DNA of 64,000 nucleotides, taken from NCBI GenBank assembly GCA_951406725.2, contig OX597818.1:92132001-92196000 (forward strand). The letters run 5' to 3'. The position numbers and the translations under genes are program-made. The DNA comes from Octopus vulgaris. Its lineage: Eukaryota. Positions 27,313 through 39,771 of this stretch are shown here, piece after piece (within the stretch, counting starts at the first letter, position 1; each line of letters starts with the position of its first letter). The notes under the pieces are model-generated. The model had not been told where the DNA came from. It worked only from the letters and a program-made list of their open reading frames with translations, and made no database searches.

Positions 27313-28556
27313 TCAGGCTGTGTAAAAAGTAAGCAACATTTTGAAACATGAAATTCATCACAATATGTTTCAACAATGCAGAAATTTTGTTCATCAAAGT
27401 ATGTACCATTACAATCAACACATTTTTGCCAACGAGTTACAAGTTTGCTTAGTCTGGTAACATAAAAGTCTGGAGTTTTGGAGCAGTTGAACTCTTTGAA
27501 CGCATTTTCAGCATCGTTTTGATTTTTGAACTCCTCTCGCAGGAAGCCATCAAGGTACTTGAAAAAGTAGTAGTCGGTAGGAGAAAGGTCTCGGGAATAA
27601 GCTGGGTAGCCAAGTTCGCAGCCAAGTTCCCTCAACTTCTGGAGCGTCATTAGTAAAACGTTTGGTCAATCATTGTCATAGAGGTTGATTGGCCCTCTTC
27701 TGTTGAGCAGTCTGGGATGGAGGAGTAGCAGTTTTTCGTTCATTTTGGCAATTTCATGGCAATATGTTTCTGCAGTAATGGTTTTTCCAAATTTTAAGAA
27801 GTTATAGTGGACGAGTTCAGTAGTACACCACCAAAAAGTCACCATAACCTTCTTTTTGAGGAGATCAGGTTTTAGGGAGGTTTTTGGCGCTTCATTTTGG
27901 TCCAGCCATTGCGAAGAACGTTTTTTATTATTGTACAGAATCCACTTTTCATCGCAAGTTACAATACGGTTGAGAAATGGATCAGTCTGGTTACGGAATA
28001 GAAGCGACGAGCAAATTTCATATCTGTACTGTTTCTGATTTTCATTCAAATCTTGTGGTACTCATTTGTCGAACTTTTTTGGCTTTTCGATCGCATGCAA
28101 GTAGTTACAGGCAGCTTTCTAGTTAACTTGAAGTTCTTTTGCCAGTTCTCGCGTAGTTTTACGTGGATCTTTCTTAATGACGGTCTTTAATTGACCGACA
28201 TCGATGACAGATGTGCGTCCACTACGCTCACGATCTTCAAGGCTCATGTCTCCACTGCGAAATCGTTTAAAACATTTTCAAGCTGACAACTCACTGATCA
28301 TTTCCCCACCAAACGTTTCGTGATATCGCGAGCAGTTTGAGATGCTTTACGTCCTTTTTTGAAGTTGAATAGCAAAATTGCTCAATTATCACGCTTTAAG
28401 AGTTCCATTTCAGATGTTGTAACAACGGTGAAAAAAATATCAGTGTTAATTTATTGATACATTTGGGCAAGTCTATGTCTTTATTATCAGACAATTGCAA
28501 AAATCCGGAAGAAATTCCTCATGCTTCAAAACGTTGCTAAATTTTACTCAACTAGA
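27313..28556 (-). mobile_element. Full-length degenerate mariner (D,D34D) transposon
   Basis: Transposase motifs IVTCDEKW, YDND (for HDNA), YSRDLSPTDY and RWQKCV, with stops and frameshifts. TIRs tcaggctgtgtaaaaagtaagcaacattttgaa / ttcaaaacgttgctaaattttactcaactaga, with TA flanks. Confidence 0.92.
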
Positions 28557-28778
28557 TACATAGACACATAAGATAGTATGTGAAATTATATATATATATC
28601 TGTGTGTGTATGTATGTGTGTGTGTGTGTGTGTTTGTGTGTGTGTATGTGATCATACATACGTATATTTTTATATATGTATGTATATATATATAGTTTTA
28701 TTTAAATATATACATACATACATATACTCATATGTCCGTATATAAATACGTATGTGTATATATGTGTACACACATACC

Positions 28779-28825
<47 letters not shown>

Positions 28826-29519
28826 TCATATATATTCATATATATTCATATATATCGATACCCGTCTATCAAGTTCTCTTATAAGCCTTGGCTTTGGTCG
28901 TTCCATGCCTGTAGTTTGATGACACTTGCCCAAGGTCCACTCAATGGGACTGAACACGAACCCATGTCTTGGGAATCAAGACTAGTTTAAGCATTATGAG
29001 TGCATACTCTATTAGCACAACATCGACTTTCCGTGCAAGAAGGACCAGGAACCTCTTATAATCCGCGTTAATTTCCACTAACTTATAAGCACCTGCATTT
29101 CATTTAATTAATTAAAGTTAATATTTGTTAATTTAGTGTGAGTTGATCAAGGTGAGCACGCCTGCTTTGGGAAAACCAATAATCTGAAATGACTTTAGGA
29201 TCAAAGTTTAGGGAAATCGATGTTGTAGGTCTATAGTTTATTTGTTGCCTACTTGTGTGCAAATCTTGGATCTTATAAATTCATTCCAAGCACCAGATTT
29301 TTGCCAGTTTTCTATTCTGATATAGCTTAGCATTTCGATGACGAAAATACTATTCATATGCTCAAAAAAGTTAATAATAAACATAGTAACGGTCTCTAAA
29401 ATGATATCATTTTGTTATTTTCAAATTCTTCCCCAAAAAATACGGGTGCCTTGAATTTTTTTTTTTTAATTTCGACTTTTTGTTAAATTTGTGGTATATT
29501 GGTGAATATACATTCTGAG

Positions 29520-30627
29520 TTTCGAATGAATCTTTGCTAAGTTTGAATGTAGTGACGTGTGAATTTTTGCTAAAATTGTACTGCAGCGGTGAGCAAATCT
29601 TTTCGAAGTTTGCAGTGTTAATGAGCGAAACTTTACTAACGTTGTTCTGTATTGGTACGCGAATCTTTGCGGAGCCTGAATGTAGTGACGAGTAATTCTT
29701 TGTTAAAGTTGTATTATATTGTATTATGTGGAGGCGCAATGACCCAGTGGTTAGGGCAGCGGACACGCGGTTTCGATCCCCAGACTGGGTATTGCGAGTG
29801 CTTATTGAGCGAAAACACCTAAAGCTCCACGAGGCTCCGGCAAAAGGTGGTGGTGAACCCTGCTGTACTCTTTCACCAAAACTTTCTCTCACTCTTCCTT
29901 CCTGTTTCTGCTGTACCTGTATTTCAAAGGGCCAGCCTTGTCACACTCTGTGTCGCGCTGAATCTCCCCGAGAACTATGTTAAGGGTACACGTGTCTGTG
30001 GAGTGCTCAGCCACTTGCACGTTAATAAGTGAGCTGCGACGTCACTGGCGCCAAGCTGTATCGGCTCTTGCCTTTCCCTCGGATAACATCGGTGGCATAG
30101 AGAGGGGAGGCTGGTATGCGTGGGCGACTACTTGCCTTCCATAAACAACTTTGCCCAGACTTGTGCCTCGGAGGGTAACATTCTAGGTGCAATCCCATGG
30201 TCATTCATGACCGAAGGGGGTCACAACAATATTATATGTTTTTAGACGTTTGCAGTGTGCTAGTGAGCGAGACTTTACTGAAATTGTACTGTAATAATGA
30301 GCGAATCTTTCCCATAATTATTTTGTATTAATAAACGAAATTTTAAGGATATTATACTGTATTGATGAGCGAATCTGAGCAAAGTTTGTATTTAGTGATG
30401 AATGGTCATTTGTTAAAATTGTACTATATTGGTGAGCGAATGTTTAATCAATTTGTAATATGTTAGCGAGCGAATCTTTACTAAGTATGTAACATGTTAG
30501 CGAGCGAACCTTTACTCAGTTTGTAATATGTTAGCGAGCGAATCATTACTCAGTTTGTAATATGTTAGCGAGCGAACCTTCACTCAGTTTGTAATATGTT
30601 AGCGAGCGAACCTTTACTCAGTTTGTA

Positions 30628-30630
<3 letters not shown>
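29520..30630. repeat. 34-bp minisatellite, degenerate at left and homogeneous at right, interrupted by a SINE
   Basis: Unit gtttgtaatatgttagcgagcgaacctttactca occurs about five times at 30451-30630; decayed units lie at 29520-29722 and 30245-30450. Confidence 0.8.
29727..30222 (+). mobile_element. tRNA-derived SINE family D (tail type 1)
   Basis: Head tggaggcgcaatgacccagtggttagggcagcggac...ggtttcgatcccc; the body is shared with 37932-38208. Confidence 0.75.
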
Positions 30631-30672
<42 letters not shown>

Positions 30673-31061
30673 TGTGTGTGTGTATGGTGTGTATGTGTGT
30701 GCATATGTTTGTGTGTCTGTGTTTATCGCCCCCCCCCAACATCGCTTGACAACTTATGCTGGTGTGTTTACGTCCCCGTAACTTAGTGATAGAATAAGTA
30801 CTAGGCTTACAAAGAATAAGTCCTGGGGTCGATTTGCTCGACTAAAGGCGGTGCTCCAACATGGTCGCCGTCAAATGACTGAAACAAGTAAAAGAGTAAA
30901 AGAGTGTACATAAATACATATATGAATACATGCATATATAGATGCATACATACAATTAAAAGATAAAAGATATGTGTCTATATTTTACTTGTTTGAGTCA
31001 TGAGTGCTTGAGTTATAGGAGTCAAAGGACAACACTTGAAATTGACGACAGAAGGAGGGAA

Positions 31062-31110
<49 letters not shown>

Positions 31111-31481
31111 GTGAGTGAGAGAGACGACTGAATTCCACTATGAAATTTCCGTCTACTAAATTCACTCACGTGGCATTGAGCAACCTATGGATTTAGTGGG
31201 TTTAGTTGAAGATACTTGCCCAATGTACTGTACAGTGAGTTAGACAGAACCAGAAATCATGTGGTTGCAAATTGAGCACCTTAACCACAGAGCCATACCT
31301 TATATATATATGCGTGTGTGTTTGTGTGTGTGTGTGTATGTGTGTGTGTGTGTGTATACATATACCTATATATATATATATAGATATCTATATTTATACA
31401 TGTGTATATGTACATATATATTATCATTACCATTATTATTATCATCATTATTATTATTATCATTATTATTATTATTATTAT

Positions 31482-31690
31482 TCAGTAGTTTTATTTTTAT
31501 AGCGTGCTTTCACTTCACTACCGAGCGCAGCTCTGTGTGCCTTGGGTATGTGCTGTGATTTGTTGTGATGCTCTGATGGTTATTGTATGGAAAGTGTTCT
31601 GCGTAGGATGTGTGCAGTGCCTAGTAGTGCAATTTTCTGTATGTTATATGTGTTTGTAAGTCCTGGTGTTTTTGTTATGTATTTGTCTGA

Positions 31691-31692
<2 letters not shown>
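31482..31692 (-). mobile_element. 3' end of an R4/Dong-like element in (TAA)n
   Basis: Reverse complement translates SDKYITKTPGLTNTYNIQKIALLGTAHILRRTLSIQ*, homologous to the C-terminus of ORF 61683-62978. (TTA)n lies on both sides. Confidence 0.8.
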
Positions 31693-31788
<96 letters not shown>

Positions 31789-31969
31789 GGTGGCTAATTG
31801 CAATTTACAACCGAAAGGCAACAATTATAGCCGATACTAAAGAGCCGGAGGGTGCCAGTGAGCACCGGCATTGCTACAAAATAAGAGTCAAAATAACTCT
31901 TAGCCACTTGAGGGCACCTTCTATTGACTGACAAAGGAGACAAGCTCCCTCCCTGCAACAACTGAGATA

Positions 31970-32019
31970 GATTCATATCAACGTTGATTTCAGATTTGAC
32001 TAATCTTCATCAGTGACCC
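31970..32019 (-). ncRNA. Type I hammerhead ribozyme, canonical core
   Basis: Reverse complement: ggguca CUGAUGA agauu-aguca-aaucu GAAA ucaacguuga UA ugaauc, within a PLE-like terminus at about 31788-32125. Confidence 0.75.
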
Positions 32020-32150
32020 ATTACTTCGTCACCGAGGATTAAAGAAGTTAACCCACCCTGTCAGCCTCATGAAGGACACCATAAGAAACATTAACTGATT
32101 TTGAAATTGGTGAAGTGAGAATTATGTATACGTATGTATATGTGTGTGTG

Positions 32151-32228
<78 letters not shown>

Positions 32229-32251
32229 TAGATAGATAGATAGATAGATAC

Positions 32252-32320
<69 letters not shown>

Positions 32321-32425
32321 CCTGCTCGCTTAGCCAGTGGGGTGGCGTCATTTAAAGGCTAAAACGATGCGAAGCGCATTGTGACCAGCGATGTGTAGCA
32401 ACATCTGATGGTCTGGTCGGTCACG

Positions 32426-32481
<56 letters not shown>

Positions 32482-32550
32482 GGACAATTCACAAAAAAAA
32501 ACAAAGACGAAGACAGGTGTGATAGACAACAAACAGATGTTATGTATATA

Positions 32551-32596
<46 letters not shown>

Positions 32597-32815
32597 GTGT
32601 ATGTGTGTGTATTATATATATACGAGATCCGATCAATATAAGTAAAGATAAATATAGATATGTTTTTATATATTCATATATATGTACATATATATATATA
32701 TGTATACACATACACGCACACAAACGCACACATATATATAAGATATGGCTCTGTGGTTAAGGAACTAAGTTTGCAACCACATGATTTCTGGTTCCGTCTC
32801 ACGCACTGTACAGTA

Positions 32816-33644
32816 CAGTTGCCATAGTAACGACACTAAAATACGCAGTGTAACACCGCTTGGCAAAGATTGACCTTGACCTCTGCTGTGCATGCGCACT
32901 AAATTTTAACGCTCTTGCTCACTCGTGCTATTTACAGCTGAGCTTAGACTGAAGGTGTGCAGCGTTTAATTGCTGCATTGACTATGACAGAGAAAGTTGT
33001 TATGGCGACACCTGCTCAGGGATCTCCGCAAATTTGCAGAAAGTGTATGAAGTGGGGTGCTTGAGCCGCACACAAGTACGAGTGGTTCAGACGTTTCCAG
33101 AATGCCCGAAAAAATGTCAATATTGACGAACGTTCTGGGAGTCCCGCAATCAGTAGAACTGAGAAAAACATTGCAGGTGTGAGGGAAAATCGTCGAATCA
33201 CCACCCGTGAGTTATCAGAGGATGTGCAGATTAGTTACGGTTCAGTTTAGTCCATTATAATTGAATACTTGTGTATGAGACGCGTGTCTGACAAATTTGT
33301 GTTAAAACTGCTTTCAGCTGACCAAAAAGGACACTCGAGTTTCAGTTACCCAAGACCTCTTTAATTGTTCGAGAACGATGAAAACCTTTTGAAAACTGTG
33401 CATAGGTCTCTGAGAAGGGATCGCCAAGCTTTTGGAAAAATTTGAGGCCGATTCTCAGCTTACATTTCTCTGTCATGGTCAATGCGACGATCACACGCTA
33501 CACACCCTCCTTCCAAGCATTGCTGTAAACAGCGGAAGTAAGCTAAAACGCTAAACCTCATTATGCATGCACAGCAGAGTTCAAGTTCAATTTATGCCAA
33601 GCAGCTTCACTCTGCGAGTTTTAGCTTCGATACTATGGCAACAG
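32816..33644 (+). mobile_element. Internally deleted mariner with TIRs of about 125 bp
   Basis: TIR cagttgccatagtaacgacactaaaatacgcag / ctgcgagttttagcttcgatactatggcaacag. N-terminal transposase remnants YEWFRRFQNARKNVNIDERSG and MRRVSDKFVLKLLSADQK. Confidence 0.8.
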
Positions 33645-33680
33645 TCCATATAATTATTGATCAGACCACGTATAAATATG

Positions 33681-33743
<63 letters not shown>

Positions 33744-33793
33744 GCGATGATAGATCGCTAGCCACTACACATTCTTTATTTTCTCTCCTTCTT

Positions 33794-33831
33794 TCTTTCT
33801 GTGGAAGAGTGTAAGCTCGAAACGTTAAAGA
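33794..33831 (+). ncRNA. Minimal hammerhead-like motif with A6U core variant, in a PLE-like terminus (33742-33922)
   Basis: ucuuu CUGUGGA a gagu-guaa-gcuc GAAA cg UU aaaga; same family as 9141-9345. Confidence 0.55.
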
Positions 33832-33930
33832 CTTTCTCACTTCCCGAGCGTTATACTAATACATATATTTGTTGTCTACACCACCTGTCTTCGTCTTTTG
33901 TTTTTTGTTTGTGAATTCTCCCCATGTATA

Positions 33931-33967
<37 letters not shown>

Positions 33968-33970
<3 letters not shown>

Positions 33971-34554
33971 GGTGGCCCAAATGTAGGTTTGCAGTTATCA
34001 CGTAAGCACTTTAAATTTCTTTTAAAACATTTTATTACATTTAAATTTCTATATTACAATCATAGTGTTTACGCACATCTTAAACAAACAATGTTTATTT
34101 AATCTCTCAGATGCTCAAAATGTCCGCCTTCAGCATTGCAGCATTCTTCAAACCTCTTCAGAACATTCTGACACGCAGGGTGGTACAAATCCAACCTCCA
34201 TCAATTTCAGTGGATGCGTCAGAAGTGTAATATTTCAATTCATTTACTGTTTTGGGATTCTTCTCATAACCCTTTTTCTTTACAACACCCTCCAAAAAGA
34301 AATCTGTTTGTATCAGGTCAGGTGAACGTGGTGGCCATTTGATGCTGCTCCCTCTTCGAAATCAACGCTGTGGAAAGGAAAGGGAAACTAAAAAGGGAGC
34401 TTGACAAAATTAACTAAATTAGCGTAGAATAATGGTTTCATTAACTGCCTTTTTTATATTTAAGATCTAAACTGTTTTTATAATTAAGATCTAATCTTTT
34501 AATATATGAATGCGAAAGTTAAATAACTGTAAACCTACATTTGGACCAACCCTA
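33968..34554 (-). mobile_element. Tc1/mariner deletion derivative
   Basis: TIR cagggtggcccaaatgtaggtttgcagttat / ataactgtaaacctacatttggaccaacccta; remnant KWPPRSPDLIQTDFFLEGVVK on the minus strand. Confidence 0.8.
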
Positions 34555-35449
34555 TATATGTATATATTTATATATATACAAATATATATAGATACATATA
34601 CACACAAATATATATAGATACATATACATATATAGATGCATATATATATATACATAAATATATATATACATATATATGTATATAAATGTACACACACACA
34701 CATATCTATATATACATCTAACATACATAAGCAAATGTGGGAGGTACAATGGGAGCTGCACATAATGTGATAATGAGAGAAAATGTTGACATAGGCAAAA
34801 TATATTGTTTCATGCATTGTTACTGTGTCAACTGAGATCCCAGTTGACAGGCCCCTGATATTAAATAGTTAACACTTACGGTATGCAAATCAGTAGCCCC
34901 AGTTATCTGTATTTACCGTATTTCTTGAGCAGAAATAATAATGGTTGTTTGTTGCGCTGAGTTTGATCAAATTAAGATAAACGCCTTTGATAAGAACCTA
35001 TTAAGGCTCGAGAATCGATTAAGGTTGTTAAGGTTGTCTGTCATTTCTTCAATCTACTGAGAAACTAGTTAAATATACCCTTTTAATTACACACTCACAC
35101 ATACACACAGACATACATACACACATACACGCATGCACGTATATATATATATATAAATATGCGTGTGAGCATGCATATGTACGCGCTATGCATATATGTA
35201 TATATGCATATATGTGTAAGTGTATGTGTTTCTGGAGAGAGAGGGAGGAAGAGAGGGGGAGAGAGAAAGAGAGAGAGACAATATATGTTATGCTATGTAG
35301 TGGGGTTACATTTTACAGTATGGAACATTTTAATGAATACGGTATCGTATATGATATAGTGTGTATGGTATCTTATATTTTATACCATTGTTTATGCCAC
35401 GCTGTGGTATAGGCTCTGACGTGGGTTAATATGTTATAATATAAGCTCT

Positions 35450-35803
35450 TACGGAGATGTACTTGCATAGCAAGTGACCTGATCTGAGATTGTGTGCTGG
35501 AACGGAAACAATTGCACTGAGTAAGGTGTTTATAAGCCATTTAAGAAACACACAAAATCCGTTAGATTCACTTCAACATTTAAATTTAATTTGTCGAAAT
35601 ATTTTCGTCGCTTTAAGACCGCGATCTGTTCACTGACAATATTCTGTGCTGCATCTGAGACTTTCTCAGATGCAGCACAGAATATTGTCAGTGGCCTCAA
35701 AGCGACGAAAATATTTTGACAAATTAAATTTAAATGTTGAAGTGAATCTAACGGATTTTGTGTGTTTCTTAAATTGGCTTATAAACATCTTTCACGCTGC
35801 AAT
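35450..35803 (-). mobile_element. Fold-back PLE-like terminus with target-site duplication
   Basis: Inverted arms meet at gcatctgaga-ctt-tctcagatgc (35661-35663). Direct repeat aatataagctct at 35438-35449 and 35801-35812. Confidence 0.8.
35591..35639 (-). ncRNA. Type I hammerhead motif with G3:C8 swapped core
   Basis: Reverse complement: uuguca GUGAACA ga ucgc-ggucuuaaa-gcga c GAAA auau UU cgacaa. The other arm has ugacaa, which restores a 6-bp stem I. Confidence 0.6.
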
Positions 35804-36631
35804 ATAAGCTCTCATATACATCTATTCTCGTTTCTCTATCATACCAAATTATCACCTCCAAACAGTTTTTTTTTAACTTACATAATGATAGTATTTCATG
35901 TTTGGAAAAATATTTAAAGAAAAATTTAATAAAATTTGATCTGTTAATAGTAAAATATATAACTGGAATAAATCAAAATAAGTAGTCTTTGACTAATTGC
36001 CGATCCGTGTTATCACCGATCAGTTCGTGATAAGCGTACCGTGGTTCGCAATTGGGTGTACCATGTCATCTCGGACCGGTGATGTATGAATCGGTAATAA
36101 AGTATATAGATGTACTGAACATTTCCCAAAACTTAGCATCCGAAGGTCGGAGGTCAAGTCTACTGCCTGGATATTTAGTGTTCATAAATAAACAACATGT
36201 GTGTTGCTATGGTACAGTTGGATACCTATTTAACATAACACCATGTTGATTACTTTAGTATTATATGTTACATAGATAACATATTATCGGTTATATATAT
36301 GAGACAATGCCTGCTGTTATGGCTCAACGTAGATAAGAATATATAAATATACATACACGACACACCCACATAATCATCTGAATGAAGTAAGGTATTATGC
36401 TTTGCTACCTTCAGTGTAGACATGGTTGAATGACTAAGAATTTAGCTACAAGCATTCACGTTCAATTCCACTGCGTTTCATCGTATGTGACTCCTACTAT
36501 GTTCACGATTCATTCAAACTCTTGTAAGTGAAATTCCATCCTCAAAAAAAGGGCTATAGACGACGCTTTTCCTTTCTTTTGACTCTTTAACAATGAGTAT
36601 GTTGTTGTTGTTGTTGTTTTAGTAGTAGTCG

Positions 36632-36664
<33 letters not shown>

Positions 36665-36665
<1 letters not shown>

Positions 36666-37256
36666 AGCGGTTCGGCAAAATTGATCGATAGAATAAGTAC
36701 TTGGCTTACAAAGAATAAGTCCTTCAGTCGATTTGTTTGACTAAAAGCGGTGCTCCAGCATGACCACAGTCAAATAACTGAGACAAGTAAATGAGTAAAA
36801 GAGTAAATAAACGAAAGCAAAGATAAGATATTTTGTAAGACTCCAATAGTAATAAAGAAAATTAATAATTGAGGAAATTCGAAAATTCGATGTTCTACAG
36901 AATCTAGCAGTCTCCTATCGAGAGGAATCTTTGGACGGCGACAATGCATGAGATCTGTAAGAGATGATGTGTTTGGAAACTAAGAATCAAAGTTTCGACA
37001 TCAGGTGTGTGAGGTGATATCCATTTTTATTGCCACAGCTGGCCATACAGATAATGTTTATTGCAAGTATTATGTCTTCTATTTCAAGAATCCTCTGCGT
37101 GATCAGCATTAGATACTTGCGAACCTCTAAATATAAACAGAAGGCAATGACATCACTACTCTTAGTGCCCGCACACATACATGCACACAACACACACAAC
37201 ACGCACATGAACACACATTAACACATACATGTATGTCTGTATGTATGCATACAGAT
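36665..37256 (-). repeat. 592-bp inverted copy of 46960-47551
   Basis: Identical by eye, and the ORF track gives identical peptides at 36987-37214 (-) and 47002-47229 (+). Confidence 0.95.
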
Positions 37257-37416
37257 TTTTTTGATTGCTGTGTCGCCATTTTTCGGTGTATTTCAGCCAG
37301 AAAAAATGTTCGCTTAAAGAGAATAACAAGCTACATAATGCACATTTTTTGCTTTTCAAAATTTCCAATTCTAAAGGGTCGAAACAAACCCGAGCAACGC
37401 CGGGCGATACTGCTAG
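37256..37416 (+). mobile_element. Helitron 3' terminus
   Basis: Hairpin cccgagcaacgccggg a few bases before CTAG followed by T, the canonical Helitron 3' end. Confidence 0.7.
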
Positions 37417-37931
37417 TATATATACGACGAGCTTCTTTCGATTTCCTTGTTCCAAATTCATTCGCAAGGTTATGGCAGAAGACGCTTATTATATGCACAA
37501 TTTCTAAAAGAGCTACTAATACTTCATTGCTTTAAAGATACGATAAACTGGCAGATTTATATATGTCATGTATCTCCAAGCAATCTTTCAGCTCAATGCA
37601 TATCGTTAGACATATTTAGAAACCAAGATGCTGGCTTATGAAGAAACTGGGGGGAAAACGAGAAAAGGAAAACGCGAAAAAGGTTGATGCGAAAGGTGGA
37701 ACGATAATAAAGAAAAGTAAGAAAACCGAAATCGTTGTCCACTTTGTCTGCTGTAATGGTAAATGAATGCTGATATATATGAAGTATATTCTTTGTACAT
37801 ATGCACACACGTATATATTATGTTCGTTTATATATGCATATTATCTTTATATGTATATATATATATGTGGAGTGGGGTTGGTATATACGCGTAGATATGC
37901 ATATGTATATATATATATATCTAATAAATAT

Positions 37932-39769
<1,838 letters not shown>

Positions 39770-39771
<2 letters not shown>

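Noticed and set aside
30451-30630. 34-bp repeats resembling a CRISPR array
   Set aside because: The units are contiguous with no unique spacers, there are no cas genes, and the context is eukaryotic.
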